Assembly: GCA_000165425.1 (NCBI GenBank)
Contig: CT868097.1
Coordinates: 378,867-442,866 of the forward strand
Origin: Paramecium tetraurelia
Lineage: Eukaryota
Length of the DNA: 64,000 nt
Direction of reading: 5' to 3'
Shown here: piece by piece, positions 1 to 12,491 of the stretch
Position numbering within the stretch: position 1 is the stretch's first letter
How the letters are laid out: every line of letters begins with the position of its first letter
Made by a program: the position numbers and the translations under genes
Notes under the pieces: generated by a model
Seen by the model: only the letters and a program-made list of their open reading frames with translations
Told to the model about the DNA's origin: nothing
Database searches by the model: none

Positions 1-196
1 GTTTGCAAGAACTTTGATAATGGAAATTTATAATTAATACTAAAATATAAGTTAGTGATTGAAATTATGTGAGAAATACAAATAAAGTAAAATTAGATCT
101 ATATAAATAATATAATACTCTACATTCTCTGTTGGAAACGTGTTAAATAGATTAAATTGTTAGTTAAATTTATATTATATATAAATTTATAAGTTG

Positions 197-1186
197 ATGA
201 AAAAAATAATAAGTTCAATAGGTAATTAATGTTCATATTAAGAATTCAGGTGATTATCCTCCTTTTGAATTTAATGGGAAAAGAATTCCAATCACCGCTT
301 TAATATGTAATGAACCTCTATCGCAAAAGGAGAAACAATCAAATTATAAAACCACGAAATACTCAAATTAATGTCGGTAAGACAAAAACAGATCAAAATC
401 TACTCCACCTTCTCTGAGAGAGTTGTTGACTGATACATTTACCATCACATTGACAGAAAGGACATTGCCTTCAAAAAAACTTTCGATTTTACTTCCATTT
501 AAAAATGCTGTTGAAAAGATAAGATCAAAAAATAGAGAAATCCTTACTCGAAGAAAATCTTGTTATGGAACCTTGTTTGGAAACAATTAACAAAAATAAA
601 TGATAAATTTTTAGACTTCGATTGAAATGCATAAGAAAATTAATGGGAAAGAATTTGCACTCTCAAGTTTTGCTGATTTATTAAAAAAAAATTAAAGGAA
701 AAGCACTAAACGTCCTAGTCTTACTCGTAAACTCTCGAAATAAATGTCCTTAGTTGGTAAAGTTTATAAATGTAATTTCAAGAATATGATAATATGGAAA
801 GACCTCCTTCATGTAAAACCCCTCGAGAATCTAAGGTTATTTTATTTAAAAAGAAGAATTCAACAACCCAAATTAAGGAGAAATACATCTAAGGATAAAG
901 GCTTAAATTGTCTCATTTCATGAATGATTCTAAGTCTAGAAAAATGTAATTAAATACAATTCCCTTCAAAAATTAAATTAAATCCAGAGGGGAAACTATG
1001 AAATTGAAAACCTGCATGACAGAATTATTCAGTACTTAAAGAAGTCCAATCTCAAGTAATAGAACTACCACTTATACCAGACCTTATTAAAAATAGAATG
1101 AATTACTCTCAAAATTAATAAGAACTGAGCACAAAAGCAGATCCAATTACTTCCCTAAATCAACTATTAATGCATTCGGTTTTTGA
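197..1186 (+). CDS. Hypothetical basic Ser/Lys/Arg-rich protein with short introns
   Basis: ATG at 197, GT..AG intron ~222-249, long open frames in code 6, ending ...STINAFGF-TGA. Internal intron boundaries not fully resolved. Confidence 0.55.
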
Positions 1187-1357
1187 TTTATATGAAAATT
1201 TTCCTATTAATTTACAGTTAAAATTTAAAATAAAAATTACATGTAGGATTATAGAGGCAATTTCAAGAGAATTGAATTTGGAGTGCAATAGACTCCTGTT
1301 AAATCTACGACCAATATGAATGATTTTCAGTCTTCTTAAAAATTAAAATATGAGTAA

Positions 1358-3130
1358 ATGAGCAATAAACCCTAATCAGTCAATGTTAGTTTTGTTAATG
1401 CTCCTGTTACGATGGTATCGAAAGAGCTATTCACATTATAAATACCAGTTAAAGTTAAATAATTGACTGATGATTGGAACACATAATTAACTTTGAAAAT
1501 GATTATGCAATCAAACCAATAAGCACATGGATAAACATTAAGAATTGAATTGACAGATGATACAAACTTGTCATTTTTACAAATATTGGATTTAAATGAG
1601 GGAGAGTTTTTGGCATTGAAAAACGAATAAAGTTTACACGTAGACTTTGCAACATTTCCAATGAAATTAGCAGACCTATTATAATTATGCATAAATAGTT
1701 AAAGAGATGAAAAAGTAAAGTATATAATTAAAGAGATTATTTTAGCTTCTACGTTTCTTTGGAAACCAAGAATGGAGAATCAACCCTTGCAGTAATTGAG
1801 AATAACGAATTCAAGAAATTAACTCATTTATCATTGAGATTAAGAAGTGCTACAGATGATATACTAAAATACTTCTTAGCAAATAAATTGGCAATAGAAC
1901 AATAGGAGAATGAACAATTGTACAAAAAAACCAAGAAATTGACAGAGCAATTGGAAGAGAAATAATGGGAACTAGAGAATTTGAAATCTGAAGTCAGAAA
2001 ATTTACAGAGGATAACAATGCTGCTCTTTAATAAGTATAGTTGGATGAACAAAAGAAGTTAAATGACTTTAGGGAGTAAGCCTTAAGTAAGGAAACAAAT
2101 TTTAAAAGAGAAAGTGAAAATGAAAAGCAATTTATAATTGAAAAATATGAAAAAATTGTCTTAGAATTATAAAATAAATACACTTAATTGCAATAAATAA
2201 ATTAAGATTTATCAGAATAAAAGATTCAACTTACATAATAAGAAAAAGAGTTAAAGAATAAATTTGCGATAATTTAATAAGAATCTTAATAATTATAAAA
2301 GGAGAACTCAGAGTTTAGAGTACTAAATAAAGAACTGGATACTCTTAAATTTAATTAAGAAAGATAAATCATAGAGTTGAGAATCTAGAAGGAAGGATTA
2401 GAAAAAATATTACGTGATAAGGAAGATTTCTTGAACAATAAATAATAATTGGTAGATAATGAAAAAAAGTAAAATGTAAATAATTATATTAAATTTTTAG
2501 GTTATATTAGAGGAGTAAACTAATAATTAAAAAAAACAAATTGATAAACTTGAATAGAGAATTGCAGTGATGAGTGATGAAGTTAATAAGGGAAATTAAA
2601 TAATTGAAAAATTAGAAAATGAATTAAGCAAATAAAAGGAAAAGATCAAATTAAAAAATGCAGTTGTTCTTCAATAAGAGTAAACTGTATAATAGTTATA
2701 AGATGCCAACGATTAAAGCAGTAAACAAATTAATGAATGTAATAATCTTATCGATAATAATTTTAGTGAGAAGAGAAAAAGACAGTTTAGAATTGAAATA
2801 CAAAGATTAAGAAAATACTAATTTAGATCTGAAAAATAAATTGGCAGAAAGTTAGAAATTGCTTGAATCCAATAATTAAATGATATAGTATTTAAATAAA
2901 TGCTTGAATGAAACCAAAGTTTAAGCACCCGCTTAGATGCCTGGTTTTTCAACATTAAAAAGCCAAACCTTTACAAAATACACCTCTCCAATACCTTTAT
3001 AAGAAGATGTATAAATTCATGTTTATATTTTTAGAGAAGCTTCAGAAATTAAAGTGTTACTTATTAACAGAATCTAAATAATGTATCTTAGATATCGAAT
3101 GCAACGATATAAAATAAGTTTAATTTCTGA
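1358..3130 (+). CDS. SAS6: Centriolar cartwheel protein SAS-6
   Basis: Head domain LRIELTDDTNLSFLQILDLNEGEFLALKNEQSLHVDFATFPMKLADLLQLCI...VIENNEFKKLTHLSLRLRSATDDILKYFLA, then a long coiled coil; four short introns. Confidence 0.92.
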
Positions 3131-3268
3131 AGATTATTTTACAATAACCTAAATTAATGAAAGAAACCTATATATACTTATTTTTCATTGTTATATATTC
3201 AAATTCAGATCCTAAATAATTCACATATTATAGATATATAATAAATAAAATTATAGTTAATTTATATA

Positions 3269-4358
<1,090 letters not shown>

Positions 4359-4526
4359 AAATCCATTATTATATTAAAAATATATACTCTTTTTAATTCT
4401 TTGTAAACATATTTATCAATTTGTTACTATGTTTTTTAAGAGTTCCTTATCTAAACAGTATTTTGGCATGAAAAAATGAAAAAAGATATATTTAATTAGA
4501 ATTGCACTCAAAGTAATATTTATAAT

Positions 4527-6068
4527 TCAAAATTATTAATTTTATTACTACTTGTCTCTATTCAAACATCCTAAAGCTTAAAACACTCTATCCATAAACC
4601 CAAGATCACTATTGGTTTGTCTCAATGATCCTATTTCTCTTTATTATTAAGCCATCTATTGCCTTTACGAAACCCGACTGACTCTGGCTTTTAAATCATC
4701 ATCTTAAGAATACTAAATCTAAATATCATTAATACAGTTGATATTGATGTATTTGTTCCAGTTGTTGGTTAATTTACACTTTTGTAATTTGGTACAACTG
4801 AAGCTTTTGATTAAATTGAAAATGTATGTTAGAATTAAGGATGATTTAATTCATGTGAAGAATTATGTTATGGCAAGGTGAAATTTCTATAATACTTATA
4901 AATCTTAATAATACCTGGCTTTTAATTATTCCTATTATGGAGACAAAGATCGGTTTTCAATTTTCTCTTCTTTATTAAGATATTGATTTAAATCAATTCC
5001 ATAACTCGCGTAGTTTCTCTTCATAAAGGGATGTTCAAATATCTGAAGCAAAGATAATCTATCTTCTGGATTAGTTTTAAGGATATTGCTAATTAGATCT
5101 TTAACTTCGAAGGAACAAGTTTCATTAAATTCAATTGTTTACAAATTAATGATATTCTAACCTTTTTCTTGATTGGTTTTTCCTTTAAAGGGAGCATATC
5201 CATGAATTAGTTCATATAATAAGATGCCTAAACACCAAATATCTAGTTTAAAATCATAAGGTTTATTTAGTAGCATTTCTGGAGCCATATAATCTAGAGT
5301 GCCACAGAATGTTGTTCTTTTTGATTATTGATTAGCTTCAGCAGACCATCCGAAATCACAAACTTTGATATTTCCTTATTTATCCAACAAAAGATTTTCT
5401 GGTTTTAGATCTCTATGCAAAACATTTTTCTTGTGTAAGTATTCAATTCCTAGACAGGTCTAAAAGAAATAAACAAAGGCTTCCTTTTCTGGTAACCTTT
5501 TTCTCCTTCTAATATAGACAAATAAACTTCCATTTTCTGCCAATTCCAGAATCAAATAGACATTCTCTTTATCTTCAAAATAATGGTATAGTTTAACAAT
5601 ATGGGGATGAGATAATCTCCTTTAAATTTTAATCTCTCTCTTTAGGTTTTCTGTCGACCAATACTCAAATATTCTCTTTTTGTTTAACTATTTTTATATA
5701 ACATTTAATTACTATTTTCATTGCATACAACTACCCATTTTAGCGATCTTTAACTAGCTTGACTTAACCATAACTACCTTTTCCTAATTCAGACTTACCA
5801 TCTTTAACTATAAATTCGAAATCATCAATATTTTTGCCAATGGATTTGAGAGTGGATTGAGTATCATTTACATCTGTCTATCTCCCTTGTTATTTTCCTT
5901 TACAATTTAGTTTATGTGCGATAGTCCTAAAATTAACAACACTCAATACCAATCGAGATCCTTACATCTTGATGAACAATATCGTGTTTAATAACATAGT
6001 GGACAAGCAATAACCCCATCAGATTAGGCTTTATTTGATAAACCACAATATTTATAAGAGCAAAGCAT
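4527..6068 (-). CDS. Aurora-like Ser/Thr kinase with N-terminal MYND zinc finger
   Basis: N-terminus CSYKYC...CPLCYQTRYCSSRCKDLDWTIAHKLNC; kinase [35 protein letters not shown]. Confidence 0.88.
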
Positions 6069-6120
6069 AATTTTTAATATTATTAATAAATGAACTTTAA
6101 ATAACGCCTAAACATAAACT

Positions 6121-7344
6121 TCATTTGAAAAGACTGCTTTAGCCTAATTAAGCTAGCTTCGATTAACTTTAATGAGGCGATTAGATATGATTTGATTTAT
6201 TCAGTCCAAGTTATCTTAAAATATATGGATTCTAAATCTGATTTGGATTTGGATTTGTAAGTGGATTGTAAACTTATGACTACGATAAGCTGACATTATC
6301 AATTATTTTATCCTGTTGATTTTAGCCATTTCCCTAAATTGATTAAATAAAATGTACTTATACCAAACCTGATAATTAGTCATAATACTTGGATTAAAAC
6401 TCTCTCTTCTTTCTTCTCTCTTACTGTTGTTCATCATTAAAACTTTCAGCTGCCTTTCGAATTTCTTATTGATTTTGAGCAGCCTACATATCTTGATTTT
6501 TTCTCTTTTCTTCTTTTTCTTTTAACTATAAAGATAATGTATTTAAGTATTAATCTTTAAGGTTCTTATCATTTTACCTTTTAGTCTTCAGTTCTTCTTA
6601 TTCTCTATCCATCTTTTCCTTAATTTGTCTATTTATAATGTAATCTAACGAAGATTTGGGATCATCGACATTTTTCCTATAAATATCCTGTAAATGCTCG
6701 CTTCTTTCAGCCAATCTTTGATAATACTAATGATAGGAGAAATGAATACTTTTTTATAATTTTCTTCTTGCTGAAGAATTCTTTCTTAATCTTTAATAGC
6801 CTAATCTTAGAATAGTATTCTCTCCTAGACTTTATTCATTCTCTCTCTCTGTTTCTTTTCTTCCATCAGTTTCATTTATTCATTATAAATTTACTTTTAC
6901 AATTGCTTTTTTTGCTATTAGATTTATCTTTCTTCTTACAGTGCTTTTTAAGCACTATCGATAAGTTAATTCTCAATGTTTAAATCATCCCTCCTCTAAA
7001 AAAATAGATATTTTCTTTACTTTTTAGTTTATAATAGAATTCCTTTAATCTATAATTTCCGAATATTTTTTAGATAAGGACTCTTATGTTTAAAGTTTCT
7101 TTTACTTTTACTGCTCTGATAATTCTTTATTCATCATTTATATTCTCTAATTTTAATCATTATCTTCTTTTTATTTGAGCTCTAAATTCCTTCTTTTCAT
7201 ATCTTCTTACAATTATCTTTGTTCTTCGAGTGAAGTCTTCATAACTTCGTACTTCATTTACTTTATTTAGAACTCTTCTTGCTTCATTGTTTTGTGAATG
7301 TTGTATTATTAAAAATCATCATAGCTTTATTTTGATAATAACAT
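6121..7344 (-). CDS. Q/E/K-rich coiled-coil protein
   Basis: Open in code 6 from MLLSKQSYDDF; C-terminus YNPLTNPNPNQIQNPYILRQLG...SSLFK-TGA. Confidence 0.75.
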
Positions 7345-7381
7345 TTATTAATGAAGTAAATATTGTGTTAAAAATTAATAT

Positions 7382-9942
7382 ATGAAATTCAGTTTAACAA
7401 AATCATATGATGAAGTACATATTATTAGATAGTTTAGAATGAAAATGTCCCATTTAAGAGATCCATAGAAAAACTTTAAATTAAACCAGAAAGTCATGTC
7501 CAATTTTGCAACTTTGATTGGATTGCCATATAAAAAGACTCTGATATTACGCTCTACAAAGAAGGACTGCAAGATGTAATTCTTAATCACTAACTTAGGC
7601 TACTGAAATTGACCTCACTTAATTGTTTGGTAAAAATCAAAGCGGCAAAGTTTAAATTTACTTTTTCAAATTTGCAAATGAATAATTTGATCAAAAGCAA
7701 ATGATCCTAATTGGAAACAGTATTTATTACTCATTAATTCAAAGATTTCATAATTGGCTATGACGTGATAGAATAATAAAAAACTTGCAAAATTTAGATG
7801 AATGATGATTATAGACTTAGAAGAAAATTGCAATTTTAAGAGGTTCAAATACTTGAACAGGACCAAACTTTGTATATACTGACTGACCATTTTGACTTAA
7901 TCACATTGAACCTATCCAACAAAGAAAATCGATTCAATCACTAAACTTTATAAAAAAGAGGGAGCTTTATATCTAACCTATTGTTTTAAAATAACTTAGA
8001 CTTTTATATCAAAGGGGCTAACTTTAAGTTCTCAGTCTTTGAAGACACACTCCTTATCATATAATAAACATAGTCGAATCAGATAAAATTATATTAATGT
8101 AGTTTGAACCCATATAATTTGATTGTATAAATTGATTTCATTTCTAATAGACTCAAACTCAACGGGATTTTGTTTGTGAAGTCTCCAACTCAAGCTACTA
8201 AGTGAATATTAACAATTTTCATTTATCAAGGACTTCCAAAGGAATTATTTGGAAACTTTTTGCTATCATAGAAAACAAAGATTAATTTGATTCATTCAGC
8301 CAACTTAAATTGATTACAAAAGAGATTGAATTTATTGATTAAAGGCCTGACTAATCCAATTTAGATAAATTAATATATGAAGATTTGAATGAATTGCAAT
8401 TGCAAGGCAATAAAATTAGGTCTTATTTCTTTTAAAATGATTCCGATCTAACTGTCCTCTACTCAGTCTTGGATACTAATTATTATCATAACAACTTATC
8501 TTAATCCCTTAAAGAACATAAACTATTCAATGGAAATCTATAAGGTGTAGGACTTTCAATAAATAATGGATTATCTTAATTGAAAGTGTGTTCCAATGGG
8601 AAAATATATATCCTATAAGAAAATTACCATGAACGCCCTGAGCAATTGTAAAATTAAAATATTTATCATTTTTATTAGAGTCACTCATTTTTAAGGAAGA
8701 TGTATGCATGAAATCATTTTTAATTTATTAAAGGAAGGCTATAAAGATTTCATTGATCATTCAAATAGTAACTCGGCTTTCTTGAAATTAGAGTTTTAGG
8801 CATTTTCAGAATAAATAATTTGTTAAGTAATAAACCAAATTGTTTGGGATTTCATGGAAACTCCTATTTCTAAATATTCAGATATCAAAACTTAATTGAA
8901 GGAAAACTATAAAAATTTAGAGCTCTGGAAAAAATACACAAAAACTATAGTTAAAAATCAATAAATTATCTTAAATTTAATCAGGTCAAAGATTTGCTTA
9001 AAAATTGGTGAGTACATTAAATAAAATGAAAATAGCTTAAAGTAATTAATATAGGAATGCTTAAATAAATGGTTAGTGTTTACTTAGTATGAATAATAAT
9101 TTTATTCCAAATTGGAAGATCTTCCAACAATAATTGAATAACTAATGGGGCTCTAGGGTTAAGAACAGCATTTATTTAAAATTTTGATGATTATTTACAC
9201 TGATATTAATGAAGAGATGGAATTCAATAAGATTTAATTCCCTAAATTTTGGACTAATGAACCAGAATGGTTAAATTTAGTCATTTAGGCCTTGTCTAAA
9301 TTGAGTTAAATACAAAAAAATGAATTCTTTTCATTGTTTAAATTTCTCATTACTGACATATCAATAGTGTTTAAGTTTGAAAGAAAAATATCTCCTTTAT
9401 AATTTCAGGTAATTCAACAATTCTCTAATTAAATTTCAGAAGAATAATTTTAGGATATTTTAATAAAAAATTAATTATATGATATTTTGTTTTAATGCTA
9501 TTTGTAAACTAGTTTAAGATTAGACATGGTATTTGATTTAATTTCTAAAGATGAAAAATTGTGTTAAAATTTTATTGATTTATGTTTTGACCATGAGAAA
9601 AATTTAAATTATTAGGATTAAATTGATTAACATGACGAAAATAAATTCTTACATTAAAATCAACCAAAAAGATTTTATTAGATTCTAGATTAGATTGAAG
9701 AAATGAGTAAATATATTTTATAATTATTAGAATGTGTTGATTAAGTATTAAAATGTGTAAAAAAATATCCAAAACTTTATAATATACTTTTAATTCGATC
9801 AATGAGATTGGAAGAGATTCAAGATTTTGCAGCTTTATAATAAGGAAATGATCCAAATGCTAAATACTACAGATTCCTAGTCGATAGAGGATAATATATT
9901 GTTGATAAATAAAGATAATAATAAATAGATATTGAATAATGA
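7382..9942 (+). CDS. Large hypothetical protein (~830 aa), beta-rich N-terminus and helical C-terminus
   Basis: ATG at 7382, two early 23-nt introns, long open frame in code 6 ending ...IDIEQ-TGA. Family not recognised. Confidence 0.7.
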
Positions 9943-10126
9943 AGTTTGATAAAAAATCAATTAATAATTATTATAATGTGTAAGTTTTTAATTATTCGAT
10001 AAAATAGTAGTTATATTGATTGAAAAAGATGTAGTTTATTTACTCAATGAATAATAAATTCTAAACATTATGATATTGTTCAATAATAATAATATTAAGT
10101 CTTAGATGTAATATTCATTAATTGAT

Positions 10127-10664
10127 TCAATAAATTGTTGTTTATTTCATGATGCTTAGGAATTCATCGATGTTGATTTACCCATCCCCATCTTTATCAA
10201 ACTCATCTATCATAGCTTACAATTCTTAATCACTCAAACTTTCTCCTAATTCTTTTGATACTTTTTTTAATTTCCTCAATGTTATTTTACCTGAGTTGTC
10301 ATCATCGAATAGTTTAAATGCTCTGAATATTTCATCCTAAGGATCTCTTTCACAATATTTTCTAGTCACTAAAATTTGAATTATTTATGTTACTTAGTTC
10401 TATATAATCACTATATTCAATTCTGCCAGTTTCATCTCTATCATATTCCTTCATCAATGCTTATACTTCCTACTTTTTAACTTCAAATCCTAGAGCTCTG
10501 AGAATAACTTTAATTTCATGACAATCTATTGCTCCAGAGCGATCAGTATCGAATAAATCAAATGCTTCTTTAATTTCCTGTTTTTAATCATCAGTCAATT
10601 CGCTTTTGACCTTCTTTTTTTAGGGTGCTTGAGTCTTTTATTATTATTTTTTAAATGAAGCCAT
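10127..10664 (-). CDS. CEN3: Centrin, centrin-3/Cdc31 type EF-hand protein
   Basis: [89 protein letters not shown]; one intron. Confidence 0.9.
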
Positions 10665-10841
10665 GGTTTATAAATTTAACTATATAATTTAAAAATAAAT
10701 GATTAATTGAAGCATTAGAGTTTATATACTCTAAATAAATAAACTAACCGTCAATCAAAAGAACACACCTTTTGTATATACTCATATATTCACAATAAAT
10801 TTAAATAGTAAATAAATTAAAGATTTTAAATTTTATTTGAA

Positions 10842-11297
10842 ATGACAAAGAAGACAAAGAAGGTTGGAATCACAGGAAAATATGGAACCAGATATGGTGC
10901 TTCTTTAAGAAAGATTATCAAGAAATTCGAAATTTCCCAACATCAAAGATATTTCAATACATTCACAGGAGCTGTATCAAATGAAATTATCTATTTTTTA
11001 GCATTCATTAAAACGATAAGCTATTGGTATTTGGAGATGCACTCAGACAGGTTTGTAAATAGCTGGTGGAGCTTGGGAAGTCAAGTATTTAATAATTGCT
11101 ATTAATATAGTACTCCTGCTGGCTTATCTGCAAAATAAGGTATGTTGAGAATCAAGAAGTTAAAAGACGATGCTGAGGTTGAAGTAAAAGAAGAAAAGAA
11201 AGAAAAGAAATAATAACCTAAAGAAGAAAAATCTAAAGAGTAGCCAAAAGAAACTAAGAAACCCTAAACCAAGAAACCTTAAGCAAAGAAATAATGA
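10842..11297 (+). CDS. RPL37A: 60S ribosomal protein eL43 (L37a) with charged C-terminal extension
   Basis: [24 protein letters not shown]...GIWRC...IAGGAW; two introns. Confidence 0.95.
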
Positions 11298-11633
11298 TCA
11301 CGTATATTAATTACATAAAATATAATAAGAATACATTTTATCAATTATTCTTGCTTATTAATATTGATTCATCATCCTAAGCAGTTAAATTAAAACGAAA
11401 TATCTAATTGCAACATATCAACAAACTATTTGAACATTAATTACCATAGATCGTTTTATATTATATACATTACTTAATTAAATTATATATTAGTCAATGA
11501 ATCTATCAATCTTTGTTATCGAAATAATTATAGAATAATTATAAACTAATTTAGTTTATCTTTATTCTTATTCTTATTCTCATATTATGTAAATAATAAG
11601 AATTCTTTGTGCAAAATTAATAATATAAAATAA

Positions 11634-12032
11634 ATGTATAAATTGATATCTAAATTTGCTAAAGGATTATCAACTTAAGTCCCTGTGTATTCATATCATT
11701 TCCCTAATGGTTCAGTTTACAATAATGTAATTGTCTATTAATCTCAAAGCCAGCTGTAACAGCAAAAAGAATCATAAAAGTAGTTGGAGAGAGATTGAGA
11801 AAAATTGACCCAGAAAGAGTATAAAAATATTATAAATTAGTGGGAATCAACTCCAATCACATTTAATACAAATTGGAATGATGCTGCAGGTTATGTTGAT
11901 GTTGCAACATGCATTCACATTCATGATGCACTAGAAAAAGAATTTGGAATCGAAATTAAAGATAGAGCATTTTTAGTGTCAAGTATTGAAACAGCTTTCT
12001 ATATCGTTAATATCCATCATGATAGTCATTGA
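11634..12032 (+). CDS. Mitochondrial acyl-carrier-protein-like protein lacking the DSL serine
   Basis: Presequence-like MYKLISKFAKGLSTQ; C-terminus DVATCIHIHDALEKEFGIEIKD...SIETAFYIV follows the ACP helix II-IV pattern; two introns. Confidence 0.7.
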
Positions 12033-12491
12033 GAGTGACAAATATAATGATATAATAATAAAGATTATAATAATAGTATTAAAATTCATTAATGATAAAA
12101 TCTATAATAATCAACAAGTCATATCATATACTTCCTGAGAAATTGGTAAATAAAATTATTAATAATTTATAGATTCATTGTTTTTTTGAATAGACATAAA
12201 ATTCAAATAGTAACTAATATTATTTATGATATTAAAAATTAGAAGTCTAATCTAATAATAATTTGGGTATTAAAATTTGAACACTTAGAACTAGATTACA
12301 ATTCAATAATTAATCGAACTTTATTGTAAATTATCTAATAATAATTCAATCAAGATTTTTAACTACCTTTGTTTGATTCAATGATTTTTATTTTCTTTTA
12401 ACTTATTCTCGTTTTTCTTTAAATCTTTGCATGCTCCTTAGTATTTGTACTAGATTATTATGTCTCATATATTTTTGATAGTTATAGAATG

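Noticed and set aside
1372..2018. Minus-strand ORFs in the supplied track (also 7375-9856 -, 12580 +, 19951 +, 28695 +, 36329 +, 48791-54136 +, 61474 -, 62617 +)
   Set aside because: Antisense shadows of real code-6 genes on the opposite strand; the track used the standard code.
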